Under the pieces are notes generated by a model. That model saw only the letters and a program-made list of their open reading frames with translations, was not told where the DNA came from and ran no database searches. This document shows positions 39,614 to 51,424 of a stretch of DNA of 64,000 nt, piece after piece. This stretch comes from Vulcanimicrobiota bacterium (GTDB lineage: Bacteria > Vulcanimicrobiota > Vulcanimicrobiia > Eremiobacterales > Eremiobacteraceae): positions 1,056,001 to 1,120,000 of the forward strand of contig CAWETU010000001.1 in NCBI GenBank assembly GCA_963812135.1. The letters are read 5' to 3'. Both the position numbers and the translations under genes were made by a program. Positions within the stretch are counted from its first letter, which is position 1, and each line of letters opens with the position of its first letter.

Positions 39614-41017
39614 CTACGCGGCCGCGACGTCAGCGGCGAGCTTCTGCACCGAGTCCTTCGCGTCGCCGAACAGCATCATCGTCTTGGGGTTCTCGTAGAG
39701 CGGATTGTCGATGCCCGCGAAGCCTGGGTTCATGCTGCGCTTGAGCACGACGACGTTTTTCGCTTTGTCGACATCCAGGATCGGCATGCCGTAGATCGGG
39801 CTGTTCTGGACGTTGCGCGCTGCGGGGTTGGTGACGTCGTTCGCGCCGATGACCAGCGCGACGTCCGCGGCTTCGAACTGCGGATTGATCTCGTCCATCT
39901 CGTGCAGTTGATCGTAGGGCACGTTGGCTTCGGCGAGCAGCACGTTCATATGGCCGGGCATGCGGCCCGCTACCGGGTGGATCGCGAACTTGACGTCAAC
40001 GCCCCGTTTCTCAAGATTCGACGCGAGCTCGCGCACTGCGTGTTGCGCTTGTGCGACCGCCATGCCGTAGCCCGGCACGATGATCACCGAGCGCGAGTAC
40101 GCGAGCAGTGTAGCCACGTCCTCAGCGCTGGCGGAACGCACTGTGCCGCCGCCGGGCGCAGCCGCCGGACCGCCGGTGACCGCCTTGGGCGCCGCGCCGA
40201 ACGCGCCGAACAGCACGTTGCCGAGCGAGCGATTCATCGCGGTCGCCATCAGCGTGGTCAGCAGCGTACCGGATGCGCCGACCAGCGTGCCGCTGATGAT
40301 GAGCACCGTGCTGTCGAGCGCGAAGCCGGTGACCGCCACTGCGACGCCTGTGAACGAGTTGAGCAGCGAGATCACGACCGGCATGTCGGCGCCGCCGATC
40401 GGCAACACGCCGAGTACGCCGAGCAACAACGCAGCGACGATGATCCCGCCGAAAGCCGCTGCCGAGACGTGGCCCAGCAGCATGAACGCCGAGAGGCCGA
40501 CGACCGCCAGCAACACGAGCGCGTTGACGAATTGCTGGCCGGCATACGTGATCGGGCGGCCGGTCATGAGCTCTTGCAGTTTCGCGAACGCCACCAGGCT
40601 GCCCGAGAAGCTCACGGAGCCGATGATCGAGCTGAGGATGATCGGCAACAGCTGATCCCAGGTCGGCGTCGCGCCGCCTTGCGTGAGGCGGATGAACTCG
40701 CCCGCCGAGACCAGCGCTGCCGCGCCGCCGCCCGCGCCGTTGAAGAGCGCGACCATCTGCGGCATCGCAGTCATCTTGACAAGCCTGGCAGAGACCAAGC
40801 CGATCGGCACGCCGACGACGGCGCCGATGATGATGTCGGTCCACGACAGGATGCGAGAATCGAATCCGGTCGCCACGACCGCGATCGCCATGCCGATCAT
40901 GGCGAGGATGTTGCCCACGCGCGCCGTGCGCGGCGAGCTCAAGAACTTGAGACCGAGGATGAAGAGGACCGCGGTGACGAGATACGCGATCGAGAGCACG
41001 ATTTGTTCGATCGTCAT
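39614..41017 (-). CDS. pntB: NAD(P) transhydrogenase subunit beta
   Basis: MTAMPQMVA, GGADMPVVISLLNS, HPVAGRMPGHMNVLLAEA, GANDVTNP. Confidence 0.97.
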   Translation of the reverse strand: MTIEQIVLSIAYLVTAVLFILGLKFLSSPRTARVGNILAMIGMAIAVVATGFDSRILSWTDIIIGAVVGVPIGLVSARLVKMTAMPQMVALFNGAGGGAAALVSAGEFIRLTQGGATPTWDQLLPIILSSIIGSVSFSGSLVAFAKLQELMTGRPITYAGQQFVNALVLLAVVGLSAFMLLGHVSAAAFGGIIVAALLLGVLGVLPIGGADMPVVISLLNSFTGVAVAVTGFALDSTVLIISGTLVGASGTLLTTLMATAMNRSLGNVLFGAFGAAPKAVTGGPAAAPGGGTVRSASAEDVATLLAYSRSVIIVPGYGMAVAQAQHAVRELASNLEKRGVDVKFAIHPVAGRMPGHMNVLLAEANVPYDQLHEMDEINPQFEAADVALVIGANDVTNPAARNVQNSPIYGMPILDVDKAKNVVVLKRSMNPGFAGIDNPLYENPKTMMLFGDAKDSVQKLAADVAAA

Positions 41018-41313
41018 CGCGGGCGGTTCTCCGTCCGCCCTTTGAACATCTCGAGCATGCGCTCGGTGACGGCAAAACCGCCGACGACGTTGATGGAGCC
41101 GAGCACCATCGCGGCGATGCCGATCGCGTGGCCGACCGCGCCGCCGATCGCGGCGCCCGCGATGAGCATCGCACCGACGACCACGATGCCGTGGATCGCG
41201 TTGGTCGCGGACATGAGCGGCGTATGGAGCATCGACGGCACTTTGGAGATCACTTCGAACCCGACGAACACCGCCAGGACGAATACCGTGAGCTGGATCA
41301 GGAAGTGTTCCAT
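41014..41313 (-). CDS. pntAb: NAD(P) transhydrogenase subunit alpha part 2
   Basis: VPSMLHTPLMSATNAIHG, INVVGGF.VT.RML.MF. Confidence 0.93.
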   Translation of the reverse strand: MEHFLIQLTVFVLAVFVGFEVISKVPSMLHTPLMSATNAIHGIVVVGAMLIAGAAIGGAVGHAIGIAAMVLGSINVVGGFAVTERMLEMFKGRTENRPR

Positions 41314-42459
41314 CAAGCACCGACTCCTTGCAGCCGCGAGCGAACCGCTTCGTTGACGATCTCGCCGTCGCGCGTGACGCATGCGCCGCGCACGATCTCG
41401 TCGTTCATGTCCAACGTCAGCGTGCCGTCCTTGACGAGCAGCGTCAACAATGCCAGCACGTTCTTGGCGTACAGCATGCTCGCGTGTTGGGGCATCGTGC
41501 TCGGAAGGTTGAGCGGACCTGCAATGGTGACGCCGTTTTTGACCACAGTCGATCCCGGTTCGCACAATTCGCAGTTGCCGCCGGCCTCGGCGGCAAGATC
41601 GACGATCACCGAACCCGGTCGCATGTTCTGCACGGCGGCGGCAGTGATGAGCAGCGGCGCCCGTCTGCCGGGGATGAGCGCGGTGGTGATGATAACGTCC
41701 ATGTTGGTCGCGGTCGAGGCGATCAGCTCTTGATCGCGCTTTTGCTGATCGGCGGCGAGCTCTTTGGCATACCCGCCCGCGCCTTCGGCATCTTGGGGCG
41801 GCGAGCCGAGAAACGTGGCGCCCAAGCTCTCGACTTGTTCTTTGACCACGGCGCGCACGTCGAAACCGGTCACGACGGCGCCGAGCCGCCGCGCGGTCGC
41901 GATCGCCTGCAGACCCGCGACGCCGGCGCCGAGCACGAGCACCTTGGCGGGCGGCACCGTGCCGGCCGCGGTCATGAGCATCGGGAAGAATTTTGGCAGC
42001 GAATCGGCGGCGAGCAGCGCCGCCTTATAGCCGGAGACCGTCGCTTGCGATGACAACGCGTCCATGCTCTGCGCGCGCGAGATGCGCGGGATCAACTCCA
42101 TTGAGAACCCGGTGACCTTGCGTTGCGCGAGCTTGGCAGCGTATTGCGGATCGGACAGCGGCTGCAAAAACGCGACGAGCGTCGCGCCTTCGGGCATGAG
42201 GCTCAATTCGTCGGGACCATCCGTCAAGCGGCCGCTGCACCTTGACCACCATCCCAGCGGCGCCATAGGTCTCCGCGGCCGACGCGCCGAGCGTCGCGCC
42301 CGCGCTCTGATAATCGGCATCGCGGAAGCCTGCGGCATCGCCGGCACCGTGCTCCACGATCACCGCGTTGCCCGCTTTCACCAGCCGCCCGGCGACGTCT
42401 GGTGTGAGCGCGACGCGGTGCTCTCCCGGCGCGATCTCCTTGGGTACGACAACGTTCAA
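41313..42459 (-). CDS. pntAa: NAD(P) transhydrogenase subunit alpha part 1, with an apparent frameshift at about 42227
   Basis: VPKE..PGE.RVALTP in one frame; RISRAQSMDALSS, GAGVAGL, TALIPG in the next; removing one base joins VKVQRPL-TDGPDEL; AGGAG before the TTG start. Confidence 0.88.
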
Positions 42460-42615
42460 AACGACGTCTCCTAAAAACGCGCGATGCAAGATCGCGCGGC
42501 TCGATGTGGCGGCGGATTAGATTCCCGTGAACGTGTGTTTCACCCTGTTCTCACCGCATCCCCAGACTTTTCGCGGCACTGCGACGATAGTATTATCGCG
42601 GAGGGTCTAAAGCCG

Positions 42616-43445
42616 ATGACAAAACCATTGCTCGCCGTTGCGATCGCCGCTGTGAGCGTGGCGTGTCTCGCGATCCAACCCGATGGCGCCCGCGCGGGTG
42701 GTCCGTGCGCCGACTCGTGCAATCTCGCCGATCATATGGCCACGCATCAGATGGTGGCCATGAACGACATGCCCGGTATGGGAGGGATGAGTACGGCCTC
42801 GCCTGCACCTGGCGGGTCAAAACAGCCCGACGACTGTGTCGACAGACCTGCATCAGACCGCGCATATGGCCATGACGATGCCTCGTCCGGTGACGCCTGC
42901 GGACCAGCAGCGCGCCGATCAGATCCTGGCGTCGCTGCGCAAGGCGATCGAGCCGTTCAAGGACTATCGAGCCGCGGAGGCAGCCGGCTACAAGCAGTTC
43001 CTGTCCAAAGGTGCCGCAAGAGATCTACCATTTCACGAACTGGAGCAACGCGTTCGCGAACGTGCTCTCGTTCGATCCTGCGCGGCCGACCTCGCTGATG
43101 TACAAGCGCGTGCCCGGCGGGTTCGAACTCGTCGGCGCGATGTACACCGCGCCCGAGCAGGCGACGCAGGACCAGCTCAACGAGCGCGTGCCGCTGAGCA
43201 TCGCCACCTGGCACCTGCACACGAACCTGTGCCTACCTCCGCCCGGTCAACAGGTCAAATGGGTAGGACCCGGCGCGCAGTTCGGTCTGGCAGGCTCGAT
43301 CACCACCGCGCAGGCGTGCGAAGCCGCCGGCGGCAGCTTCAAGCCCGTCATCTACAATTGGATGGTGCACGTCTGGCCGTTCGAAACCGATCCTTCGAAG
43401 ATCTGGGCGACCGAAGAGCATCCGGGTATCATGGACCATATGTAA
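42616..43445 (+). CDS. Secreted His/Met-rich hypothetical protein split by two apparent frameshifts (about 42827 and 43008)
   Basis: Signal peptide MTKPLLAVAIAA; plausible protein continues across three successive frames (..KQP|TTVSTDLHQ..FLSK|VPQEIYHFTN..WHLHTNLC..WMVHVWP). Confidence 0.7.
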
Positions 43446-43494
43446 GTAGCATCCCGGAGGGCGGTGGCCTCTGACGGCGAATTTTGAACTTTCC

Positions 43495-44907
<1,413 letters not shown>

Positions 44908-45441
44908 GTGAGCATGGCGTACATAAGACGCATCATCTTCGAACCCGATCCGATCCTCCACAAGGTGGCGAAGAAAGTCACCAACCTCGAGCTCAAGCTG
45001 CCGCTCACCCAACAGCTCATCGACGACATGTTCGTGACGATGCATAACGCGCCGGGCATCGGCCTGGCCGCGCCGCAAGTGGGCATCGGCAAGCGCATCA
45101 TCGTCGTGCAGCTCGGCGGCGAGGACGACCCGGCCTACGCGGTCGTGAATCCGGTGCTCAGCGATTTCGAGGGCGAGGAAGAAGGCGTCGAAGGCTGCCT
45201 CTCTATCCCTGGCGTGATCGGCGATGTCAAACGCGCCGCCGCGTGCACCGTGACCGGGCTCGAGAGAGACGGCAAGAAATTCACATTGCGCGCCGAGGGC
45301 ATGCTCGCGCGCTGTTTCCAGCATGAAGTCGATCACCTCGACGGCGTGCTGATCACCGACAAAGCGACGAACATCCGCGATGCGATCCCCGCGGAACAAC
45401 CGGAGAAAGAAGAAGAGAACCTTCGCAACGTCGGCATCTGA
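44908..45441 (+). CDS. def: Peptide deformylase
   Basis: GIGLAAPQVG, EGCLS, QHEVDH. Confidence 0.96.
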   Translation: MSMAYIRRIIFEPDPILHKVAKKVTNLELKLPLTQQLIDDMFVTMHNAPGIGLAAPQVGIGKRIIVVQLGGEDDPAYAVVNPVLSDFEGEEEGVEGCLSIPGVIGDVKRAAACTVTGLERDGKKFTLRAEGMLARCFQHEVDHLDGVLITDKATNIRDAIPAEQPEKEEENLRNVGI

Positions 45442-45454
45442 ACCCGGGCGCCGT

Positions 45455-46348
45455 TTGCGCGCGATCTTTTTCGGAAGCTCGGCATTCGCGGTGCCAAGCC
45501 TGCTTCACCTCAACCGCGAACACGATATCCTCGGCGTCTACACGCAAGCCGACCGGCCCGCGGGGCGCGGTCTGAAGATGACGCCCACGCCGGTCAAGAC
45601 GGCCGCCGCCGCCGCCGGCTTGCCAGTGTTCACCCCCGATCGCTTGGACGGCGCGTTTTGCGAAGCGGTGGGCGCGCTCTCACCCGACGTGCTGGTCACC
45701 GTTTCGTACGGCAAGATATTGCCGGCACGGTTGTTGACGACGCCGAAACTGGGCGCCCTCAATGTCCATCCCAGCCTCTTGCCCGCGTATCGCGGCGCGA
45801 CGCCGATCCAGGCCGCGCTGCGCGACGGACTCGCGCGCACCGGCGTGAGCATCATCTGGATGTCGGAACGGATGGACGCCGGCGATATCGCGCTTGCCGA
45901 AGACGTCGAGATCTTGCCCGACGATGATTTTCAAACGCTGCACGACCGGCTCGCGCAGGTCAGCGCGCAGCTGCTCGCACGCGCGACGAATGAATTGGCC
46001 AAAGGCACCCTCGCTCGCGTCGCCCAGGATGAGGCGGCCGCTACGTACACGCGCCCGCTTTCACGAGAAGACGCGCGCTTGCGTCTCGACGATGCGCGCC
46101 GCAACGTCGACGTGATCCGTTCGCTGAGCCCCAAGCCGGGTGCGTGGCTCGAACTGCGCGGCAAACGCGTCAAGGTCTTACAAGCTCGAGCCGAAGGCGA
46201 TGCGCCTGGCCAGGCTGGCGCGCTGCTTTCGCTCGCCGGTGAGGGTCCGCTGATCGCATGCACAGCCGGAGCGTTGCGATTGCTGCGCGTCGTGCCCGAA
46301 GGCAAACCGCCGATGAGCGGCGTCGACTTCGCTCGATCGCTCGCGTGA
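45455..46348 (+). CDS. fmt: Methionyl-tRNA formyltransferase
   Basis: FFGSSAFA, NVHPSLLP.YRGA.PI, MDAGDI; start inferred. Confidence 0.94.
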   Translation: MRAIFFGSSAFAVPSLLHLNREHDILGVYTQADRPAGRGLKMTPTPVKTAAAAAGLPVFTPDRLDGAFCEAVGALSPDVLVTVSYGKILPARLLTTPKLGALNVHPSLLPAYRGATPIQAALRDGLARTGVSIIWMSERMDAGDIALAEDVEILPDDDFQTLHDRLAQVSAQLLARATNELAKGTLARVAQDEAAATYTRPLSREDARLRLDDARRNVDVIRSLSPKPGAWLELRGKRVKVLQARAEGDAPGQAGALLSLAGEGPLIACTAGALRLLRVVPEGKPPMSGVDFARSLA

Positions 46349-47682
46349 CTGCGCGCGAAGTCGCACTGCGCGCGCTGATGCTTGGCGGCGATGCGTCAGC
46401 GACGCTGGATCGCCTGCTCGATCGCGCGGGCCTTGACGGCCGCGACCGGGCGTTCGCCACCGAACTAGCGCATGGCACGCTCAAGCGACGGCGCACGCTC
46501 GCCTGGGCTTTGCAGCGCTGTTTGAACAAACCGTTCGAAAAACTCGACGTGCTGTTGCAATGGGTGCTCATGCTCGGCGCGTATCAGATCCTCTACCTCG
46601 AGCGCGTGCCGGTGCACAGCGCTGTGGACGAAAGCGTCGCGCTCGCGCGCCGGCTTGGCCATGCCGGCATCGCCGCGACGGCAAACGCCGTGTTGCGCCG
46701 CCTGAGCCGGGAGCGGCCGCAGCCGCCTGAGCCGACGCGCGAAGGCGGCGCGACGGCGCTTGGCCTTTTCGCGTCGTTGCCTGACTGGATCGCGCAAGCA
46801 TATATCGAGCGCTTTGGTTTCGACGAAGCCGTTCGCATCGCAGCCGGTCTCAATGCGCCGCCGCGCCGAGCCGTTCGTGTCAATACGGAGAAATGGTCGC
46901 CCGAGCAAGCGCGCGACGCGCTGCACGGCGCGGGTTTTGAGACGACGCCGGGTTCGCTGGACATTCCGGAATGCATCATCGTCGCCAATGCGTCGCGCGG
47001 CGACCGCCGCAAACTCGCCGCCTGGCTCGCCGACGGCCGGCTCACGCTGCAAAGCGAAGAAAGCCAATTCGCGGTGCAGCTGCTCGCGCCGCAGCCCGGC
47101 GAGACGATTCTCGACGTGTGTGCCGGCCGCGGCGTGAAGACCGGCGGCATCGCCGCGCGCATGGCAGGCCGCGGTCGCATCGTCGCCGTCGACGACGATG
47201 CGGTCAAACTCAAAGCGCTCCAGACATCCGCGGCGCATTTCGCGACGCCGGTCGTGGTCATCCGCGCCGATGCGCGCAGCGCGTACGCGGCAGGACCGGA
47301 CGGGGGTGTGGATGCTGCACTGATCGACGCGCCCTGCTCGGGACTCGGGATCATCGGCCGGCGCGCCGACGCGCGCTGGCGCAAAGACCCCAACGATCCG
47401 GCGCGCTTCGCTGCCGTGCAGCGCGACATCCTCGCGCGTGCGGCGTCACATGTAAAGCCGGGCGGCCGGCTGCTGTACGTGACGTGTTCGACCCACCCAC
47501 TGGAAGATGAAGAGGTCATCGCCGCGTTCTTGCGCAGTGACGGCCAGTGGCGCGCCCGCCCGCTCGCGCTGCCCGCACCTGCGTCGAGCATCACACCAGC
47601 CGGCGACGGTGTAATGAGTGAGCCAGGCATCAACGGTGCCGACGGATTCTTCTACGCCATGCTCGAACGCGCACCGCGATGA
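46345..47682 (+). CDS. rsmB: 16S rRNA m5C967 methyltransferase RsmB (Sun)
   Basis: NusB-like N-terminus, LDVCAGRG.KT, DAPCSGLG, YVTCS. Confidence 0.92.
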   Translation: MTAREVALRALMLGGDASATLDRLLDRAGLDGRDRAFATELAHGTLKRRRTLAWALQRCLNKPFEKLDVLLQWVLMLGAYQILYLERVPVHSAVDESVALARRLGHAGIAATANAVLRRLSRERPQPPEPTREGGATALGLFASLPDWIAQAYIERFGFDEAVRIAAGLNAPPRRAVRVNTEKWSPEQARDALHGAGFETTPGSLDIPECIIVANASRGDRRKLAAWLADGRLTLQSEESQFAVQLLAPQPGETILDVCAGRGVKTGGIAARMAGRGRIVAVDDDAVKLKALQTSAAHFATPVVVIRADARSAYAAGPDGGVDAALIDAPCSGLGIIGRRADARWRKDPNDPARFAAVQRDILARAASHVKPGGRLLYVTCSTHPLEDEEVIAAFLRSDGQWRARPLALPAPASSITPAGDGVMSEPGINGADGFFYAMLERAPR

Positions 47683-48110
47683 TCGCGAATGCGCTCGCCG
47701 TTCGTTGGGAATCGCTCTTCATGGCGCTTGGTGCCTTGGCGCTCGCGCTGTGGGCGTTTCGATCGCCTTCGGGCCCGCCGCCAGCGGAGCAATCAGAGCC
47801 CGTTGGCGCCGCCAGACTGCGCGTGCAGCGTCCCGGCCAGACCGCTGATATCGTCGACGTTCGAGATGGCTGTCTGTTCGGCCGCGGCCGGGATTGTGAC
47901 ATCGCGTTCGACGATGCGAGCGTTTCGAAGCTGCACGCCCGCTTGCACCTGGCAGACGGCGCGGCGACTATCGAGGATCTCGACTCCACCAATGGCACGT
48001 TGCTGAACGGAAAGCGGCTCGAAGGCATGGCCGCGCTGCGCCGTGGGGACAGGATTGGTTTGGGAACCAACCAAATAGTCTTCCTCGGAGCGCCATCCCA
48101 GGACGTTTAG
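47679..48110 (+). CDS. Membrane-anchored FHA-domain protein
   Basis: N-terminal TM; GR, VSKLHA, DLDSTNGTLLNG. Confidence 0.88.
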   Translation: MIANALAVRWESLFMALGALALALWAFRSPSGPPPAEQSEPVGAARLRVQRPGQTADIVDVRDGCLFGRGRDCDIAFDDASVSKLHARLHLADGAATIEDLDSTNGTLLNGKRLEGMAALRRGDRIGLGTNQIVFLGAPSQDV

Positions 48111-48134
48111 CGCGCTCAGTAGGAAGCGGATTCG

Positions 48135-49238
48135 ATGGAGGTCGGCGTAGCCACCGACGTCGGCGCGGGCCAACGATCGAACGAGGACGCATGGAGCGCA
48201 GAACAGCTCCATAAGAACGTCACGTTGCTTGCCGTCGCTGACGGATTCGGTCGCGCCCACGGCGTGCCCGCCGCCACCCTCGTGCTCGAGACCGTACGAG
48301 ATGCGGTGCGTCGCGAGCTTCGCCGAGCGACCTTTCCATCGCGCACCCTGAGCCCCACCGATGTCCGCCAGCTGCTGGTCAGCGCCTTCACCGAAGCCAA
48401 CGATCGCCTCTACCGCCTCGGCGGCGGCAGCGACGACTGCGTCACCACCGCTTCGACCTGCACCGCGGTGCTCATCATCAACGATCAGGCGTTCATCGGC
48501 CACATCGGCGACTCTCGCGCGTACCTGCTGCGCCGCAATGAGCTCGTCGCGCTGACCAACGACGAGTCCATCGTGCCCGAGCTGGTGCGCAGCGGCGGCC
48601 GCTCGCCACGCCTCGGCAAACAACGCCCGTTCCGGCCGCTGCTGATGCGCGCGCTCGGCGTCGAAGATGCGGTGGCGGTCTCACCCAAAGTCTCGCACTA
48701 CACCTTGCATGCGCGCGATGCGATTGCGCTGCTGACCGATGGCGCGCACCGCGCAGTGGCGCTAGCAGATCTGCAACCCGCGTTGACCAACCGCGACACC
48801 GCCGATGCGAGCGCGCAGCGCGTGGTCGCGCTCGCCCGCATCGCCGGCGGTTCGGATAATGCCACGGTGCTGTTGGCGCGCGACGTGACGTTGCACGGTA
48901 CGCCCGCGGATCGCGCGCGCGTACCCAAACGGCCGAGGATCGCCGGCGTCACACTGCTGGTCGCACTCGCGTTGTTCGTCATCGTGACCACCGGCATCAT
49001 CGCGTGGTGGATCAGCGACAGCCATCTTTACCTCGGCACAGATCCTTCGGGCAAAGTCGCGCTCTATGCGGGCACGCCGGCAAGCTTCTATGGCGTGCCG
49101 TTGCACGTGACGCGCAAGACCTATGACGTGGTCGCCGGTTCGCTCCCGTCGTCCGTGCAGCAAAACCTCGAGCGCGGCGTGATCGTCAACGATCCTAACG
49201 CCGCCGACGATTTCCTCCGGACCCAAGCGCGCCACTAA
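48135..49238 (+). CDS. PP2C-family Ser/Thr phosphatase with C-terminal TM anchor
   Basis: RSNED, VADG, HIGDSRAY, TDG, GSDNAT. Confidence 0.87.
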   Translation: MEVGVATDVGAGQRSNEDAWSAEQLHKNVTLLAVADGFGRAHGVPAATLVLETVRDAVRRELRRATFPSRTLSPTDVRQLLVSAFTEANDRLYRLGGGSDDCVTTASTCTAVLIINDQAFIGHIGDSRAYLLRRNELVALTNDESIVPELVRSGGRSPRLGKQRPFRPLLMRALGVEDAVAVSPKVSHYTLHARDAIALLTDGAHRAVALADLQPALTNRDTADASAQRVVALARIAGGSDNATVLLARDVTLHGTPADRARVPKRPRIAGVTLLVALALFVIVTTGIIAWWISDSHLYLGTDPSGKVALYAGTPASFYGVPLHVTRKTYDVVAGSLPSSVQQNLERGVIVNDPNAADDFLRTQARH

Positions 49239-50549
49239 GTGGATGTGGTCGCGCGTTCGCTAAACGCGCCAAACGTCAAGCTTCGCGATCTCGCGCCGTT
49301 GCTGGTCGTCTTGACCGCGGCGGGGATCGGCATGGCGCTGCTGCTGCCGGTCAACGGCTGGTACCCGTGGTGGATGCTGCTCATCTCCGGCGCGCTGTTC
49401 GTCGTCTGGCAAGCCACGCCGCCGGACAACGTCGAGCACGATCGCACGATCATCCCCATCGTCGCCGCGATCTGCGCGCTCGGCATCCTGGAGATCAGCC
49501 GCATCGACCCATACTTGGGCCGGCACCAGACCGGCTCGCTTATCTTCGGGCTGGCGATCGTCGTGCTCGGCCAGCGCCTGTTCGTGCAGTACCGCAAGCT
49601 CGCGCACGTCACGTATCCCTGGGTCTTGATCTCGCTCGCGCTGTTCGTCGCGCTGCACTATTTCGGTCAAGAGATCAACGGCGCGCGGTTGTGGTTCCAC
49701 ATCGGGCCGTTCAATGCGCAGCCGGTGGAGGGCATCAAGCTCTTCATGGTGTTCTTCATGGCGGCGTATCTGGCGGATCGGGGCGACGCGATCGCCGCCG
49801 TGCGCTGGTCCGACATCGGCACCTACGCTCGGCTGATCGTGCCGCTCATCCTTGGCTGGGGCGTGTCGATCCTCACGCTCGTGCTACAACACGACGTGGG
49901 CATGGCCGCGCTCTTCTTGGGGATCTTCCTCGTGATGCTGTACGTCTCGTCGCGGCGGCTCGACATCGTCATCGCGTTCTTCGCGATCTTCGCGCTGGGC
50001 GCGTGGTTCGCGGCGCACAACTTCCCCTACGTGCAGACGCGCATCGGCGTCTGGCTCGATCCGTGGACCGACCCGCTGGGGCGCGGCTACCAGGCCGAGC
50101 AGGGTTTCTTCTCGCTGGCGGCCGGCGGACTGCTCGGCACCGGCTACCATCAAGGGCATCCGGGATTCATCCCGGATGCGGCCACCGACTACACCTTTGC
50201 GGCATGGGCGGAAGAATTCGGATTGCTCGGCGGACTTGCGCTGATCGCGTTGTATACCGTGCTCGTCGTGCGCGGGTTCAGCATCGCCTTTGCAGCAGCC
50301 GACCGCTTCACCGCGCTGCTGGCAACCGGCTTCGCGGCAACGCTCGGCATTCAAGTGTTCGTTATCATCGGCGGCGTCGTCGGCCTGTTGCCATTAACCG
50401 GCATTACGCTGCCGTTCTTCTCGTATGGCGGCTCCAGCATCGTCGCCAACCTCGTCATGCTCAACTTCCTATGGTTGTTCAGCCGTAAGTCGGGGGAAAT
50501 AGAAAAACAGACGCAGCCCCTCGCTCCAGAAGGCGCGGGCGGCTCGTAA
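49239..50549 (+). CDS. rodA: SEDS family peptidoglycan polymerase (FtsW/RodA/SpoVE)
   Basis: NGARLW, QPVE..K, TDY.F...AEEFG, PLTGITLPF.SYGGSS. Confidence 0.88.
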   Translation: MDVVARSLNAPNVKLRDLAPLLVVLTAAGIGMALLLPVNGWYPWWMLLISGALFVVWQATPPDNVEHDRTIIPIVAAICALGILEISRIDPYLGRHQTGSLIFGLAIVVLGQRLFVQYRKLAHVTYPWVLISLALFVALHYFGQEINGARLWFHIGPFNAQPVEGIKLFMVFFMAAYLADRGDAIAAVRWSDIGTYARLIVPLILGWGVSILTLVLQHDVGMAALFLGIFLVMLYVSSRRLDIVIAFFAIFALGAWFAAHNFPYVQTRIGVWLDPWTDPLGRGYQAEQGFFSLAAGGLLGTGYHQGHPGFIPDAATDYTFAAWAEEFGLLGGLALIALYTVLVVRGFSIAFAAADRFTALLATGFAATLGIQVFVIIGGVVGLLPLTGITLPFFSYGGSSIVANLVMLNFLWLFSRKSGEIEKQTQPLAPEGAGGS

Positions 50550-50567
50550 CCCTCCTTAGGGCCTACC

Positions 50568-51296
50568 ATGGAAGGAATCAACGTGACGAACAAGTCTCTT
50601 ATTTTCGCTTTTTGCACCGCGATGCTCGCGGCGGCCAGCGTCGGCTGTACCTCCTCGGGGTCGACCTCCGGACCGCAGCCACCCGGCCCGATCAACTCAT
50701 CGATAACGGACCCGACTGGCGACACGAATAGCATCGCAAACGGAGCGACGATCTACGACATCACCGGCGTGACATCGTCGCGCACAGGTCCCCCTGGGGG
50801 CACCTACACGACCATCACGGTCGCGGTGACGTTTGCTCAGCCGGTGGCATTACCACCACCCGGCGGAACTCCTGACGTCGCCGGAACGCAGCTCGCCGGC
50901 TATGTCGTCTTCGACACGGACGGCAACTTTGCCGACGGAACGAACTTCAATTTCTGCAGCACCGGCGGCGGCGGCACGTACAATGGAGCTGACTATCAGG
51001 TCTACCTATTCACGCGATTGGCCGATGGCAGCTATCCGATTCAGGGACCGCTGCCGACAGTGACGCAGACCGGCGAGGCCGCGGTCACGGTCAACGGCAA
51101 TACGATCGCGTTCACCATACCGATCGCCGCGATCGGCAACAATCCGGCGGGACCGTTCAACCTCGGCGTCGTGGCGGGCAACAATGGTAATCCGTCCGAC
51201 TGCGCGGCGAATTCCGGCTATACCGCTGCGAATTTCCTCGAGCATCCGATGAGCGGCAGTCCTCAACCAGGAAGAACGACTGTGTGGGGCCGGTAG
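50568..51296 (+). CDS. Hypothetical lipoprotein
   Basis: Lipobox SVGC; Thr/Gly-rich beta-type body with DPTGD motif. Confidence 0.7.
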   Translation: MEGINVTNKSLIFAFCTAMLAAASVGCTSSGSTSGPQPPGPINSSITDPTGDTNSIANGATIYDITGVTSSRTGPPGGTYTTITVAVTFAQPVALPPPGGTPDVAGTQLAGYVVFDTDGNFADGTNFNFCSTGGGGTYNGADYQVYLFTRLADGSYPIQGPLPTVTQTGEAAVTVNGNTIAFTIPIAAIGNNPAGPFNLGVVAGNNGNPSDCAANSGYTAANFLEHPMSGSPQPGRTTVWGR

Positions 51297-51325
51297 AATA
51301 ACTGAGAAACGTCTGAGTATTCCAC

Positions 51326-51359
51326 GCGCGAAGGGACGAGCTTGCCCGTCCCTTCGCGC
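51326..51359. terminator. 13-bp perfect inverted repeat (terminator-like hairpin)
   Basis: GCGCGAAGGGACG-N8-CGTCCCTTCGCGC, 30 bp after the stop; no U-tract. Confidence 0.55.
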
Positions 51360-51424
51360 ATGGTTCACGAACGCGCTTCGCGAAGCCGCACCTTTCGATG
51401 CCGCATCACGTTATTAGTAATGAC

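Noticed and set aside
41313..42459. Programmed frameshift or true pseudogene in pntAa
   Set aside because: There is no slippery heptamer, pntAb and pntB are intact, and similar +1 indels cluster nearby, which favours sequence error.
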